A stretch of 51,903 nucleotides of DNA from Anaerolineales bacterium (GCA_027053355.1 JALUDX010000059.1:1-51903), one strand, 5' to 3'. Numbered from the stretch's first letter, positions 1 through 9,507 are shown. Numbers and translations are program-made. The notes: generated by a model not told the origin, from the letters alone.

Positions 1-1150
1 GGTTGACCGGCACTTTAGAAGGCTCAGGCAGGTCTAAGCCGTAATCCACGGTGGGCATGAATGCCTTGCCGGAAGCCGCGAAGGGGCCGCCTTCGCCGTA
101 GCGGCAGAGGCCCATGTCTTCGTAGGTTTGGATTTCGGAACTGGTGTAGGCGTCGTGGAGTTCCACGAAGTCAATTTCTTCAATGGGGTTGGTGATGCCG
201 GCGCGCTCGTAAGCCTGTTTGGAAGCCATGCGGCCCGCGCGGAAGGAGTGCACGCCGGGGTAGCGGAAGCCCCTATCCCAAAGTTCTTTGTAATAAGCCC
301 GCGAGTCGGCATCCATTTCGTTGGGCAGGGCATTGTAGCGGTAAAAGTCTTCGTAGGACTGATGGGGGCGGTCGGCCATGCGCATGGCGTCGGTGCCGCG
401 GCCAATGGCAGCCACTTTGACCTTGGGCAGGCTTTTACCCGCGGCCTTCTCCAGCTTCGCCAGCCCCTCTTCGCTGGCCAAAAGCACCACCGCCGCGCCG
501 TCGCTCATCACACAAATATCCAAGCGAGTGAGCGGCCAGGCCACTATGGGCGCGTTGCGGACGTCTTGAATGGTCAACCGGCGGCGCTTTTGCGAATAGG
601 GGTTGTAGTAGGCGTTCATGTGGTTCTTCACCGAGACGTGCGCCAGTTGCTCCACGGTGGTGCCAAATTCCTTCATGTGGCGGGTCACCATCATGGCGTA
701 ATAGCCGGAATAGAAGCCACCCACAGGGTAATCAAAACTGGTGTCGGAAGCCAGCGCGATGAACTCGTTGCCCTTCCAGGTATTGACGTGCGACATGGTC
801 TCGAAGCCCATCGCCAGCGCCACATCCATATCGCCGGAAGCCACGGCCTTGTAGGCTTCCTGGAAACACAGACCGCCGGTCGCGCCGCCGCCTTCCACGC
901 GATGCGAGGGTTTGGGCAGCAGGCCGAGGTAATCCTGCACCATGATGCCGGCCATCAGTTGGCGGGCGAAGTGGTCGGAAAAATACGAGACAACCGACCC
1001 ATCCACAATTTCGTAGAACTTGGGGTGCTCAATGCCGATGTCGTTGAGCATATAATCGTAGGCTTCTTTGACCAGCGCGGGGAAAGTCTTGTCGGGGCGC
1101 GCTTTAGTAAATTTGCTCACCCCCCCGGCCACTGCGTACACGGTTCTCAT
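1..1150 (-). CDS. Thiolase-fold (SCP2/archaeal-type) protein, 3' end beyond window
   Basis: Missing from the ORF track because it runs off the edge. Manual translation from ATG 1150 (RBS AGGAGG): MRTVYAVAGGVSKFTKARPDKTF...SHRVEGGGATGG...GFETMSH...VSVKNHMNA...DICVMSDGAAVVLL...EIDFVELHDAYT...PVN. The frame is open to base 1. Confidence 0.85.
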   Translation of the reverse strand, partial: MRTVYAVAGGVSKFTKARPDKTFPALVKEAYDYMLNDIGIEHPKFYEIVDGSVVSYFSDHFARQLMAGIMVQDYLGLLPKPSHRVEGGGATGGLCFQEAYKAVASGDMDVALAMGFETMSHVNTWKGNEFIALASDTSFDYPVGGFYSGYYAMMVTRHMKEFGTTVEQLAHVSVKNHMNAYYNPYSQKRRRLTIQDVRNAPIVAWPLTRLDICVMSDGAAVVLLASEEGLAKLEKAAGKSLPKVKVAAIGRGTDAMRMADRPHQSYEDFYRYNALPNEMDADSRAYYKELWDRGFRYPGVHSFRAGRMASKQAYERAGITNPIEEIDFVELHDAYTSSEIQTYEDMGLCRYGEGGPFAASGKAFMPTVDYGLDLPEPSKVPVN

Positions 1151-1261
1151 GAACAACCTCCTTGGAACAAAAGTTCGGAGCGGCGAAAGGCAACCGCCGC
1201 GCCGTGATGGTCGTGCTTCCATTGTATAACAACTTTAGCCAACACAGGGGGAGCAAGGACG

Positions 1262-1423
1262 GTAACTTTCAGGGCGGGCAGACAGAAAGGGGAAGCGGGA
1301 TGCGTGAGGCGGGGCGCCTCCCTTGCTTGACGCCCTTAGCGCCACTTTGCGTCCAAAAATCAGCATCTATCCGCCATCATCCGCGTTCATCCGTGGGCTG
1401 TTTTCCAAAGACTGAACAGTTAC
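1262..1423. repeat. Intergenic element with inverted termini (family copy A)
   Basis: Begins GTAACTTTCAG and ends ATCCGCGTTCATCCGTGGGCTGTTTTCCAAAGACTGAACAGTTAC, matching the ends of the copies at 20221, 41382 and 49111. Confidence 0.75.
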
Positions 1424-1450
1424 TGTTGCGGGGGGATGGGGGAATTCCCC

Positions 1451-3202
1451 TCACATGTTCAACGCCACCAAATTCTCGCTTTGCAGCGCCCAGAGGTGGC
1501 TGTAAAGGCCGCCGCGGGCCAGCAGGTCGGCGTGGATGCCGCGCTCGGCCACTTCCCCCTTGTAGAGCACCACGATTTCGTCCATCGCTTCCAGCCCCAC
1601 CAGGCTGTGCGTGACCCACAACACGCTGCGGCCGCGAGTGGTTTCCAGCAGGGTGTCCACCAACGCCCGCTCGGTAATCGCGTCCAGGTTGGCGGTCGGC
1701 TCATCAAGGAGCAAAATCGGCGCGTCGCGCAGCAGGGCACGGGCTAAGGCCAGGCGCTGGCGCTGCCCGCCGCTGAGTTGCAAGCCCTGGCCGCCCAAGT
1801 CGGTGTCGTAGCCCTGGGGCAGGGTGCGCAGCCAGTCGGCGAGGCGCACGGCTTCCATCACCGCGTCTAAGCGGGCTTCGTCCGCCTCGGGCGCGGCCAG
1901 GAGCAGGTTTTCCCGCAGGGTGCCGCTGAAAATGAAGGGCTTTTGCCGCACCACCGCGAAGCGGCTGCGGGCTTCGTCGGGTAGCAGTGCCCGCAGGTCG
2001 CGGCCGCCCAAGGTGATGCGCCCTTCGTTGTATTCCCAAAAGCGCAGCAGCAGGGCGATGAGGGTGGATTTCCCCGCGCCGCTGGGGCCCACCACCGCCA
2101 CCCGCTTGCCTTCGGGCAGGTCGAGGGAAACCTGCCGCAGCGCGGGCGGCTCGTCGGGGGCGTAGCGGAAGGTGAGGGCTTCCACCCGCAGGTCGTTGTC
2201 CGCGGGCAGCGCCGCGGGTTGGGCAGGCGGCTTCACGGCGGGCTCGGCGTCCACCAGTTCGAAGAGGCGGCGGGCGGCGGCGAGGTTACTTTCCAGGAAG
2301 GCGGCCGCGGTGGGCAGGCCAAAGGCGGCCTCGTAACCGCTGAGGGCGACCAGCACCAACGCCACCCAGGTCACGCCGCCCAGCGCGCCCGCCCGCACCA
2401 ACGGCACGCCCAGCAGCAGCACGCCCAACATCCCCAGGCCGGAGAACAAAATCTGCAGCGCCTGCTCCGCGCCTTCCAGCGAGGCCATTTGGGCCTGCGC
2501 GGTGAGGATTTCCTCGCCTAAACGCAGGGCCAGGCGGCGCTGAGCCTCGGCGTAGTTGTAAGCCAGGGCGTCGGCCAGCCCCTGCACATGGTCGACCAGC
2601 GCGGCGTTGAGGGCGGCCCGGCGGGAAACCAGCGCCTGCCCGGCGCGGCGGGCGCGCAGCCGAGCCCACACGGGCACCGCTACCGCGGCCAGCAGGAAGA
2701 AAACCAGCCACGCCAACCCCAAGCGGGGGGCAAAGGCCGCCAAGAAGCCGGTCAGCAGCACCGCGGTGAGGGTGGCGACCCACGGCGGCGCGAGCACCCG
2801 CACGAAGAAGTTTTCCAGGGTGCGGATGTCGGCGATGATGCGCGCCAGCAGGTCGCCGCTGCGGTAACGCTGCAGGCGGGCCGGCGCGAGGGGTTCCAGC
2901 GCGGCGTAGAACCACACCCGCAGGCGGGTGAGCACCCGAAAGGTGGTGTCGTGGGAAACCAGCCGCTCGCCATAGCGGAACGCACCGCGGGCGATGCCGA
3001 AGAAGCGCACGCCCACGATGGCCACGTTCAGGTCGCCAATGGGCGGATGCAGCGCGGCCTTGGCAATGATCCACGCGCCGGTGCCTAACAAGCCCACGCT
3101 GCTCAACACCGTGGCCGTGCCCAACAGCACCGCGGCGAGCACCATCTTCCAGAAGGGTGTCACCATGCGCAGCAGGCGGCGGAAGACAGCCCAGTTGGTC
3201 AT
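1451..3202 (-). CDS. cydC: Thiol reductant ABC exporter subunit CydC
   Basis: Start MTNWAVFRRLL at 3202. VGVRFFGIARGAFRYGERLVSHD is a CydC signature; Walker A GPSGAGKST, LSGGQRQR, LLLDEPT. Confidence 0.9.
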   Translation of the reverse strand: MTNWAVFRRLLRMVTPFWKMVLAAVLLGTATVLSSVGLLGTGAWIIAKAALHPPIGDLNVAIVGVRFFGIARGAFRYGERLVSHDTTFRVLTRLRVWFYAALEPLAPARLQRYRSGDLLARIIADIRTLENFFVRVLAPPWVATLTAVLLTGFLAAFAPRLGLAWLVFFLLAAVAVPVWARLRARRAGQALVSRRAALNAALVDHVQGLADALAYNYAEAQRRLALRLGEEILTAQAQMASLEGAEQALQILFSGLGMLGVLLLGVPLVRAGALGGVTWVALVLVALSGYEAAFGLPTAAAFLESNLAAARRLFELVDAEPAVKPPAQPAALPADNDLRVEALTFRYAPDEPPALRQVSLDLPEGKRVAVVGPSGAGKSTLIALLLRFWEYNEGRITLGGRDLRALLPDEARSRFAVVRQKPFIFSGTLRENLLLAAPEADEARLDAVMEAVRLADWLRTLPQGYDTDLGGQGLQLSGGQRQRLALARALLRDAPILLLDEPTANLDAITERALVDTLLETTRGRSVLWVTHSLVGLEAMDEIVVLYKGEVAERGIHADLLARGGLYSHLWALQSENLVALNM

Positions 3203-3798
3203 GCGCGCCTCTCCTCGCGGTCGAGCCACAATTCGCGGTACTGCCGCTGCCAATCCTGAGCAAAGCGGAAGACCAGGAAGGGCGCGACCCCGGCCACCAC
3301 GGCCAGGGGCGCGCCGGTCAGCCCCAAGGCCAAGAAGAGCGCCCAGCCAGTGGCTGCGGCCAGGGCGTTGGCCCGGGCGGTGTGGCGCAGCGTGAGCACC
3401 CAGGCAATCAGCCAGCCTACGGCCAGCAGCGCGCCTACGGGGGAAACCGCCAGCAGCGCGCCGAACGTGGTGGCGTTCCCCATGCCGCCGCGGAAATCGG
3501 CGAACACCGGCCAGATGTGCCCGACCACCGCGGCGGCCGCGGTCAGCGCGAGCACCCACGCGCCCGCGCCGGCTTCCTGCGCCAACGCCACCGCGACATA
3601 GCCCTTGAGCGCGTCGAGCGTTAGCACCGCCGCGCCCCAGCCCCAGCCCAGGTGGCGCATGGTGTTGGTCGCGCCCGCGTGCCCCGAACCGCCATGGCGG
3701 ACGTCGATGCCCGCCACGCAACGGGGCAGCCAGACGGCAAAGGCCAGCGAACCCAGCAGATAGCCCACCACGGGGAAAATCCAGTGCCAGAGGGTCAT
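3199..3798 (-). CDS. PlsY-family (glycerol-3-phosphate acyltransferase-like) membrane protein, atypical motifs
   Basis: GYLLGS, D.R..GSG..GATN..R, LD.LKG and GHIWPVF..F.GG.G.AT match PlsY architecture. ATGA overlaps with both neighbours. Confidence 0.8.
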   Translation of the reverse strand: MTLWHWIFPVVGYLLGSLAFAVWLPRCVAGIDVRHGGSGHAGATNTMRHLGWGWGAAVLTLDALKGYVAVALAQEAGAGAWVLALTAAAAVVGHIWPVFADFRGGMGNATTFGALLAVSPVGALLAVGWLIAWVLTLRHTARANALAAATGWALFLALGLTGAPLAVVAGVAPFLVFRFAQDWQRQYRELWLDREERRA

Positions 3799-5525
3799 GC
3801 CGCTGCCTCCCGCGCCTGCAGCAGCCGCCGGAACAGGCCTTCCTGCGCGGCTAAGGCGTCGGGCGCGCCGACCTGCACGAGGCGCCCGTTTTCCAGCACC
3901 GCCACTTTGTCGGCATGGGTGACGGTTTGCAGCCGGTGGGCGATGATGAGGGCGGTGCGCCGCGCCAGCAGGGCTTGCAGGCCCTCTTGAATGGCGGCTT
4001 CGTGTTCGGGGTCGAGGCTGGCGGTGGGCTCGTCGAGGATGAGGAAGGGCGCGTTCTTCAGCAGCGCCCGCGCGAGGGCAATGCGTTGCGCCTGCCCGCC
4101 GCTCAGCCGCGCACCCTGCTCGCCCACCACGGTTTCGTAGCCTTCGGGCAGGGCACGGATGAACGCATCGGCGCGGGCGATTTTCGCCGCCCGCACCACT
4201 TCTTCACGGGAGGCGTCGGGGCGGGCCAGGCGGATGTTGGCTTCCACCGTGGTGTTGAACAAATAGGGCTGCTGGGGCACCCACGCCACGCTCTGCCGCC
4301 ACACCGCGGGCGGAATTTCGGCAAGGCGGTGTTCGCCGGCCCAGATTTCGCCGCGCTGGGGCACGATGAAGCGCAGCAGCAGCCCCGCGAGGGTGCTCTT
4401 GCCCGCGCCGCTGGGGCCGACCAAGGCCACCTGCGTGCCTTCTTCCAGGGTGAGGGAAACATCCTGCAGCGCGGGCGCGCTGGCATCGGGATAGGTGAAG
4501 GTAACGCGTTCCAGCCGCAGGGGGAAGGGATGCGCCACCGCGCGCCCGCGGCCCGTGCCCGCGGGCACCTGGGGCGGCTGTTCCAGCACCGCGAAGATGC
4601 GCTCGGCCGCGGCCACGCCGCCCATGCCCGCGTGGAAGCGCGCCCCCAATTGCCGCAGCGGGAAGTAGAATTCCGGCGTCAGCAGCAGCACGAAAAATGC
4701 CTGCTCAAAGGCCAGCCGGCCGTAAAGCAGCCGCAAGCCGATGCCCACGCTGACCACCGCGGTACTCAGGGTGCCCACCCATTCCAGCACCAGCGCGGAA
4801 ATGAAGGCAATGCGCAGCACTTCCAAGGTGGTTGCGCGGAAGCGGTCGCTGACTTCCTCCACCCGGCGGATGTATTCACGGCTGCGCCCCAAAATTTTCA
4901 GCGCGGTCAGCCCTTGCAGCGCGTCGAGCAGGAAGGCGCTCATCCGCTCCAGTTGCTGCCACTGCTTTTTGGTCAGGCTCTCGGCAATGCTGCCGATCAG
5001 GTTCATGAACAGGGGGATGAGGGGGGCGGTGAACAGCAAAATCAGCCCGGAAATCCAATCTCGGGGGAAGACCAGCACCAGCACCAGCAAAGGCACGGCC
5101 GCGGCCAGCACCACCTGGGGCAGGTAGTGGCGGAAGTAGGTTTCCAGTTCTTCCAGGCCCTCGGTGAGGGTGTTGGTGAGTTCGCCGGTGCGCTCGCCAT
5201 GGGTGTAGAGCGGGCCTAACGCCTCTAAGTGCGTGAGCAGGCGGGCGCGCAGGGTGCGCTTGACCGCCGCGGCCACCCGGAAGGCGCTCACTTCCGCCCC
5301 CCAGGCGGCGAGGGCGCGGGCGAGGAGCACGGCGACAAAGGCCACGGCCGCGCCGCGGATGGTCGCCAGGTCGCCGCCTTGCAGGAACACAGCATCGACC
5401 ATGGCGGCGGCCAGCGCGGCCTGGGCGACGATGAGCAGGCCGCCCAACACCCCCAGCGCCACGGTCACGATAAAGGCGCCGCGGGGGCCGCGGAGCAGGG
5501 CTAAAAGTCGTCGGTCGAGGTTCAT
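3795..5525 (-). CDS. cydD: Thiol reductant ABC exporter subunit CydD
   Basis: YF.HYLPQ, TAPLIPLFM.LIG, VLRIAF.SALVLE and PEFYFPLRQLGARFHA are CydD motifs; ABC ATPase domain follows. Confidence 0.92.
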   Translation of the reverse strand: MNLDRRLLALLRGPRGAFIVTVALGVLGGLLIVAQAALAAAMVDAVFLQGGDLATIRGAAVAFVAVLLARALAAWGAEVSAFRVAAAVKRTLRARLLTHLEALGPLYTHGERTGELTNTLTEGLEELETYFRHYLPQVVLAAAVPLLVLVLVFPRDWISGLILLFTAPLIPLFMNLIGSIAESLTKKQWQQLERMSAFLLDALQGLTALKILGRSREYIRRVEEVSDRFRATTLEVLRIAFISALVLEWVGTLSTAVVSVGIGLRLLYGRLAFEQAFFVLLLTPEFYFPLRQLGARFHAGMGGVAAAERIFAVLEQPPQVPAGTGRGRAVAHPFPLRLERVTFTYPDASAPALQDVSLTLEEGTQVALVGPSGAGKSTLAGLLLRFIVPQRGEIWAGEHRLAEIPPAVWRQSVAWVPQQPYLFNTTVEANIRLARPDASREEVVRAAKIARADAFIRALPEGYETVVGEQGARLSGGQAQRIALARALLKNAPFLILDEPTASLDPEHEAAIQEGLQALLARRTALIIAHRLQTVTHADKVAVLENGRLVQVGAPDALAAQEGLFRRLLQAREAAA

Positions 5526-5718
5526 AAGGCGTGGTCAGGGGGAAAGGGGCTTGCCCGCAGGCCGGGCTGCTGGCCCGAAACAAGGGGGCGTCTGCTGGCA
5601 GGCTAATTATACCGGCAGCAGCCTTTTCTGTGGGAGGCAGGCTGCAGTAGAAGTCGATCGGCCTTTCCCCAGAACGCGGTGAGGCCGCGAGGCGGGCGAT
5701 ATAATTGTCACTGCAAGT

Positions 5719-6618
5719 TTGCGCCGGAGGTGCGCCATAAGCAAGGCGAACAAGGTTTGCGCTTTTCGCTGGCCGCTGTGGGGGTGGGCTGGCCTGGCGC
5801 TGGTGGGCGTTTTTTGGCCGGTCAACTGGTTTTGGCCAGGGCTGCGCACCCATTGGGCTTTTTTCCCTTTATGGCTGGGCTACGCGCTCACGGTGGACGC
5901 GCTGACCTATTGCCGTCAGGGCGCATCGCTGGCCTCTCGCTCGCCGTGGCGGTACGCGGCGCTGTTCGTGCTTTCCGCGCCTGGGTGGTGGCTTTTCGAG
6001 GCGCTCGACACCCGCACGCAAAACTGGTATTACGTCGGGCGTTCGTTTTTCAGTGATACCCAATACGCGCTGTGGGCCAGCCTGAGTTTTTCGACGGTGA
6101 TGCCCGCGGTGTTCGGCACAGCCCAGTGGGTGCGCACCTGGCCGTGGTTTCGTCGCCCGCACCGCGGCCCGCGAATCCGCCCCTCTCGCGGCTTGCTGCT
6201 CGCCTTTTTCGGCAGCGGCTGGGCCATGCTGGCATTGTTGTGGGCGTGGCCGCGCTATGGCTTCCCCTTTTTATGGCTGGCGTTGTATTTCATTTTGGAG
6301 CCGCTGAACGCCTGGTTGAAGTTCCCCACCCTCTTGCGCTGGACCAAAGAGGGCAACTGGCAGCCGATCTACACCCTGTGGGCCGCGGTGTGGCTCACCG
6401 CGTTTTTCTGGGAGATGTGGAATTTCTTTTCTTACCCCAAGTGGGTGTATCACGTGCCTTTTGTGGATTGTTGCCACGTTTTCGAGATGCCGCTGTTGGG
6501 CTATGGCGGCTATTTGCCCTTTGCCCTGGAACTTTTCGCGCTGTATCACCTGCTGGCCGGGCTGTTGCGCCTCGACCGGGGGGAGTATCTGGCGCCGGCG
6601 TTGGTTTCGGAGGAGTGA
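5719..6618 (+). CDS. Multi-pass membrane hypothetical protein (Trp-rich)
   Basis: 299-aa hydrophobic ORF with internally repeated WWLFE..D..TQNWYY / FFWEMWN....KW.Y motifs and FEMPLLGYGGYLPF. Start codon uncertain. Confidence 0.75.
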   Translation: MRRRCAISKANKVCAFRWPLWGWAGLALVGVFWPVNWFWPGLRTHWAFFPLWLGYALTVDALTYCRQGASLASRSPWRYAALFVLSAPGWWLFEALDTRTQNWYYVGRSFFSDTQYALWASLSFSTVMPAVFGTAQWVRTWPWFRRPHRGPRIRPSRGLLLAFFGSGWAMLALLWAWPRYGFPFLWLALYFILEPLNAWLKFPTLLRWTKEGNWQPIYTLWAAVWLTAFFWEMWNFFSYPKWVYHVPFVDCCHVFEMPLLGYGGYLPFALELFALYHLLAGLLRLDRGEYLAPALVSEE

Positions 6619-6629
6619 CCCGCGCCGGT

Positions 6630-7044
6630 GGAACTGTTCAGCCTTGGAGGAAACCACAGATTACGCAGATTACGCAGATTTCGCAGAGAGACATCCACAG
6701 AGATTTCATGGGTTGGCACAGATGGGGTAAAAAAACACCCCAAAGCGCCACGTTTCCCTTCGTTTCTTGGCGCCCTTTGGGGTCGTCTTGGCGACCTGGT
6801 ATGATTGGCGTTACCATCCACCGATTGACACAGATTTACACCGATTGGGTGAAAAACACAGAAGACACAGAAAACCCGCAGAAAACACAGAAATTTTCTC
6901 TCTGCGTCTTTGGGCGAGGCATCGCCTCGCCCCTACGCTGCGTCTTTGCGTTCCTCTTTGGCGACCTCGGCGTCCTCTTGGCGCCCTTGGCGACTCAAAA
7001 ATCCGTGCTATCCGCGGTCTCTTCCCTCGTGGCTGAACGGTTAA
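6630..7044. repeat. Large composite intergenic element (family copy B)
   Basis: GGAACTGTTCAGCC...GGCTGAACGGTTAA termini. Internal modules: ACGCAGATT x2-3, ACACAGAA(G/A) arrays, TTGGCGAC(C/T) arrays and a GGGCGAGGCATCGCCTCGCCCCTAC hairpin. Confidence 0.8.
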
Positions 7045-7052
7045 GCCCCGGT

Positions 7053-8402
7053 TTACAGGTGCACCTGATGGCTCATGTAGAATTTGAGCACCTGGCGGTA
7101 GACTTCTTCCGCCCGGCGCAGAGTGCTTTCATCCGCGCCTTGTTGCTGCAACTGGGCAGCCAGCGCGGCCATTTGTTGCACCAGCCCTTCGTTCACCAGG
7201 GAACGATTTTCCTCCAGCAATTTTTGGCGGGCTTCGGCGTCGGGCGCTTCGAGCAGCGATTGCAAGAGCGCCAGTTCCGGCGGCGGGGCAAACATTTTTT
7301 CCAAGGTTTCTATCACCTGGCTGATGCGCGCCCCCCGCTCCAGGTCGCCCTTTTGCCGGGCTTGCTGCAGGGCTTCTTCCAGCAGATGGAGGAAGACGTT
7401 GTCCAGGTAAGGCGCGGCTTCTTGGAGGGCTTGTTCGGTGTTTTCGGCGGCGATGACTTTTTCGATGATTTCCCGCCGCGCCTGGAGTTCCTGTTCCAGC
7501 ACGTCGTCGACTTCTTTCATGTGCTGAAGCAGGCGCTCGCGCAGGGCTTGCAGGCGTTGTTTTTCTTCTGCCGGGGCATTCTCGATGCGGTCGCTGAGGG
7601 CTTGGAAGAAGTGGTAATCTAACACGGGGCGCAGGGCGCTGGTCAGCGCCTGCAGGCGGGTGTCGTCTTCGCTGGCCTCAATGAATGCGTCGACCACTTG
7701 GGCCAACGAAGGGCGCGGCCCCAGGTTTTGGATGGTTTCATCGACAAAGCGCAGGGCCGCTTCGCTTTGCTTGATCTTTTGTCCTAAGGGGGTGTGTTCC
7801 AGCGCGGCGTTGTACACTTGGCGCAGCGCGGCCGCGGAGGCCTGGTCGCCGCCCATGATGGCGGCTTCGAGCAGCCGCGTCAACAGCGAGAAGAAGGTTT
7901 CGTCGGCTAGGTCTCCTTCTTGCTGCAACAGGGTTTTGCGCCCTTCGTCGTCGGTGGTCATCAGCCGCTCGATCAGGCGGATGCGGTCTTCCTGCGCTTG
8001 CAGCATTTCTTTGGTGATGCCGTCGGCTTCCAAGATGCGCTCGATCAGGGTTTGGAAGGTGAGCATGGTCTCTGGCTGCAGCAGGTAGGCTTTGCGCTTC
8101 TCGGCCGGCAGGCGGTTGATGATTTGGTTGAGCAGGCGGCCCAAGGTGCGCTCTTGCTCGTCGCGGCTGCGCCCCAGTTGGGGCGGGTAGTAGGTGAGCA
8201 GGAGTTCCTTTTCCGGGTCGTGGTAGACCAAAGGGGCTTCTGCCCGCCCCTGGTAGCCGCAATAGGGGCATTGGATGAGGTTGAACGCGCCCGAAAGCAG
8301 GGTTTGCTTGGCCGCAGGGTCTTCGTAAAGGTCGAAAACCTGACGAATTTCTGCCGGAATGGGTTGCCCGCACTGGGGGCAAGGAATTTGTGTTTGGGGC
8401 AT
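7053..8402 (-). CDS. CpXC domain-containing protein
   Basis: N-terminal CPQCG...CPYCG zinc ribbon followed by PLVYHDPEKELLL, then a helical C-terminus. Confidence 0.8.
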   Translation of the reverse strand: MPQTQIPCPQCGQPIPAEIRQVFDLYEDPAAKQTLLSGAFNLIQCPYCGYQGRAEAPLVYHDPEKELLLTYYPPQLGRSRDEQERTLGRLLNQIINRLPAEKRKAYLLQPETMLTFQTLIERILEADGITKEMLQAQEDRIRLIERLMTTDDEGRKTLLQQEGDLADETFFSLLTRLLEAAIMGGDQASAAALRQVYNAALEHTPLGQKIKQSEAALRFVDETIQNLGPRPSLAQVVDAFIEASEDDTRLQALTSALRPVLDYHFFQALSDRIENAPAEEKQRLQALRERLLQHMKEVDDVLEQELQARREIIEKVIAAENTEQALQEAAPYLDNVFLHLLEEALQQARQKGDLERGARISQVIETLEKMFAPPPELALLQSLLEAPDAEARQKLLEENRSLVNEGLVQQMAALAAQLQQQGADESTLRRAEEVYRQVLKFYMSHQVHL

Positions 8403-8451
8403 GGTTTCTCTCTTCGTCGGGGATGGGAGAGGGGAAGGCAGGGCAATTGTA

Positions 8452-9462
8452 TCACTTCTCGGCGGGGCGCGGCAGGCGGGCCAAAGCGCGGAGGGCCAGG
8501 GGGCCCAGCAGAAAGGGTATCCAAAACGTGATGCCCCGATAAGCCAAGGTGAGCACCACCGCGGCGCTAAGCCGGACGTTCAGCGAGTTGAGCGCCACAG
8601 TCATCACCCCTTCCACAATGCCGATGCCCGAAGGGGTGGGGGAAATGATGAGGAACAGGTAGGCAATGGCAAAGCCGGCGACCACGGTGCCCACGGAGCA
8701 GGGCACGCGAAAAGCCAAAAACAGCACCCATAGCACGATGACTTGCAGCGCCTTGCTGAGGCTACCCAAAAAAATCGGCCAGAGCATGGCATGAGGTCGT
8801 TGACGGATGGCTTGCAGTCCTTCTCCTGCATCCAGGCCAAACAGGCGAGCGTTGTGTTCGGAGAGGTAAGGCCGACGCAGAAAAGGGCGCAGCGCGCGGT
8901 TGATGCTCCGGGTGAGCGCGACCAACACCCGGCTGAGCAGCGGGCCCGAGTGGGTGCCTAAGTAGAGCATGACGCCCAGCCCCAAGGCCAGCAGAGCCAT
9001 TAGCACCGAGGCTGTGACGTCGGCCGTGGTGAGGTGGTTGCGTCGTACCAACACTACGAGCCCCAAGGCCAACACGCCCAAAAAGCCTACATATTCGAAA
9101 AACATGTAGATGACCCCGGCTACCGTGGCTCGGCTGGTGGGGTAGCCCTGGTGTCGGGCTTCGGCAATGTAAACGCTCAGCCCGCTCAGCCCCCCGCTGG
9201 GCACCACCACGCTGAAGAAATTGGCCCCTACCACCATCAAACTTAAACGCAATAGGCTTTCTTTCAGCCCCAAGGCGCGGTAGATGACCTTGAGGTGCAG
9301 CCCTGCGTTGAAAAACCATAAGCCTTGCACGACCAGTGCCAGCAGCAGGTAGCGGATATCGCCCTGTCTGAGGGTGGCGATGATGGCGTGCATTTCGGCC
9401 AGGCGGCCCAAAACAAAAGCAATGCCCAGCAAAAGCGCCACCGCGAAAAGGAATTTGCGCAT
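8452..9462 (-). CDS. Lysylphosphatidylglycerol synthase TM / flippase-like (UPF0104) membrane protein
   Basis: Start MRKFLFAV at 9462; SPTPSGIGIVEG and LAYRGITFW motifs. Confidence 0.8.
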   Translation of the reverse strand: MRKFLFAVALLLGIAFVLGRLAEMHAIIATLRQGDIRYLLLALVVQGLWFFNAGLHLKVIYRALGLKESLLRLSLMVVGANFFSVVVPSGGLSGLSVYIAEARHQGYPTSRATVAGVIYMFFEYVGFLGVLALGLVVLVRRNHLTTADVTASVLMALLALGLGVMLYLGTHSGPLLSRVLVALTRSINRALRPFLRRPYLSEHNARLFGLDAGEGLQAIRQRPHAMLWPIFLGSLSKALQVIVLWVLFLAFRVPCSVGTVVAGFAIAYLFLIISPTPSGIGIVEGVMTVALNSLNVRLSAAVVLTLAYRGITFWIPFLLGPLALRALARLPRPAEK

Positions 9463-9507
9463 GGGCGCATTATACCGAAAAACACCCCACCGCGCCCGCG
9501 GGGGAGT

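Noticed and set aside
128-1207. 359-aa plus-strand ORF
   Set aside because: Antisense shadow of the minus-strand thiolase-fold gene, which has an RBS and family motifs.
6630-7044. Possible CRISPR array or integron attC sites (TAAC...GTTA ends)
   Set aside because: There is no constant 23-47 bp repeat with unique spacers and no cas genes. The ends fit RYYYAAC/GTTRRRY poorly, no integrase is present, and the flanking genes are housekeeping in mixed orientation.
6072-7622. 516-aa plus-strand ORF crossing the repeat element
   Set aside because: Composed of an off-frame gene overlap, translated repeats (QITQITQI, TENPQKTQK) and antisense CpXC sequence; no coherent domain.
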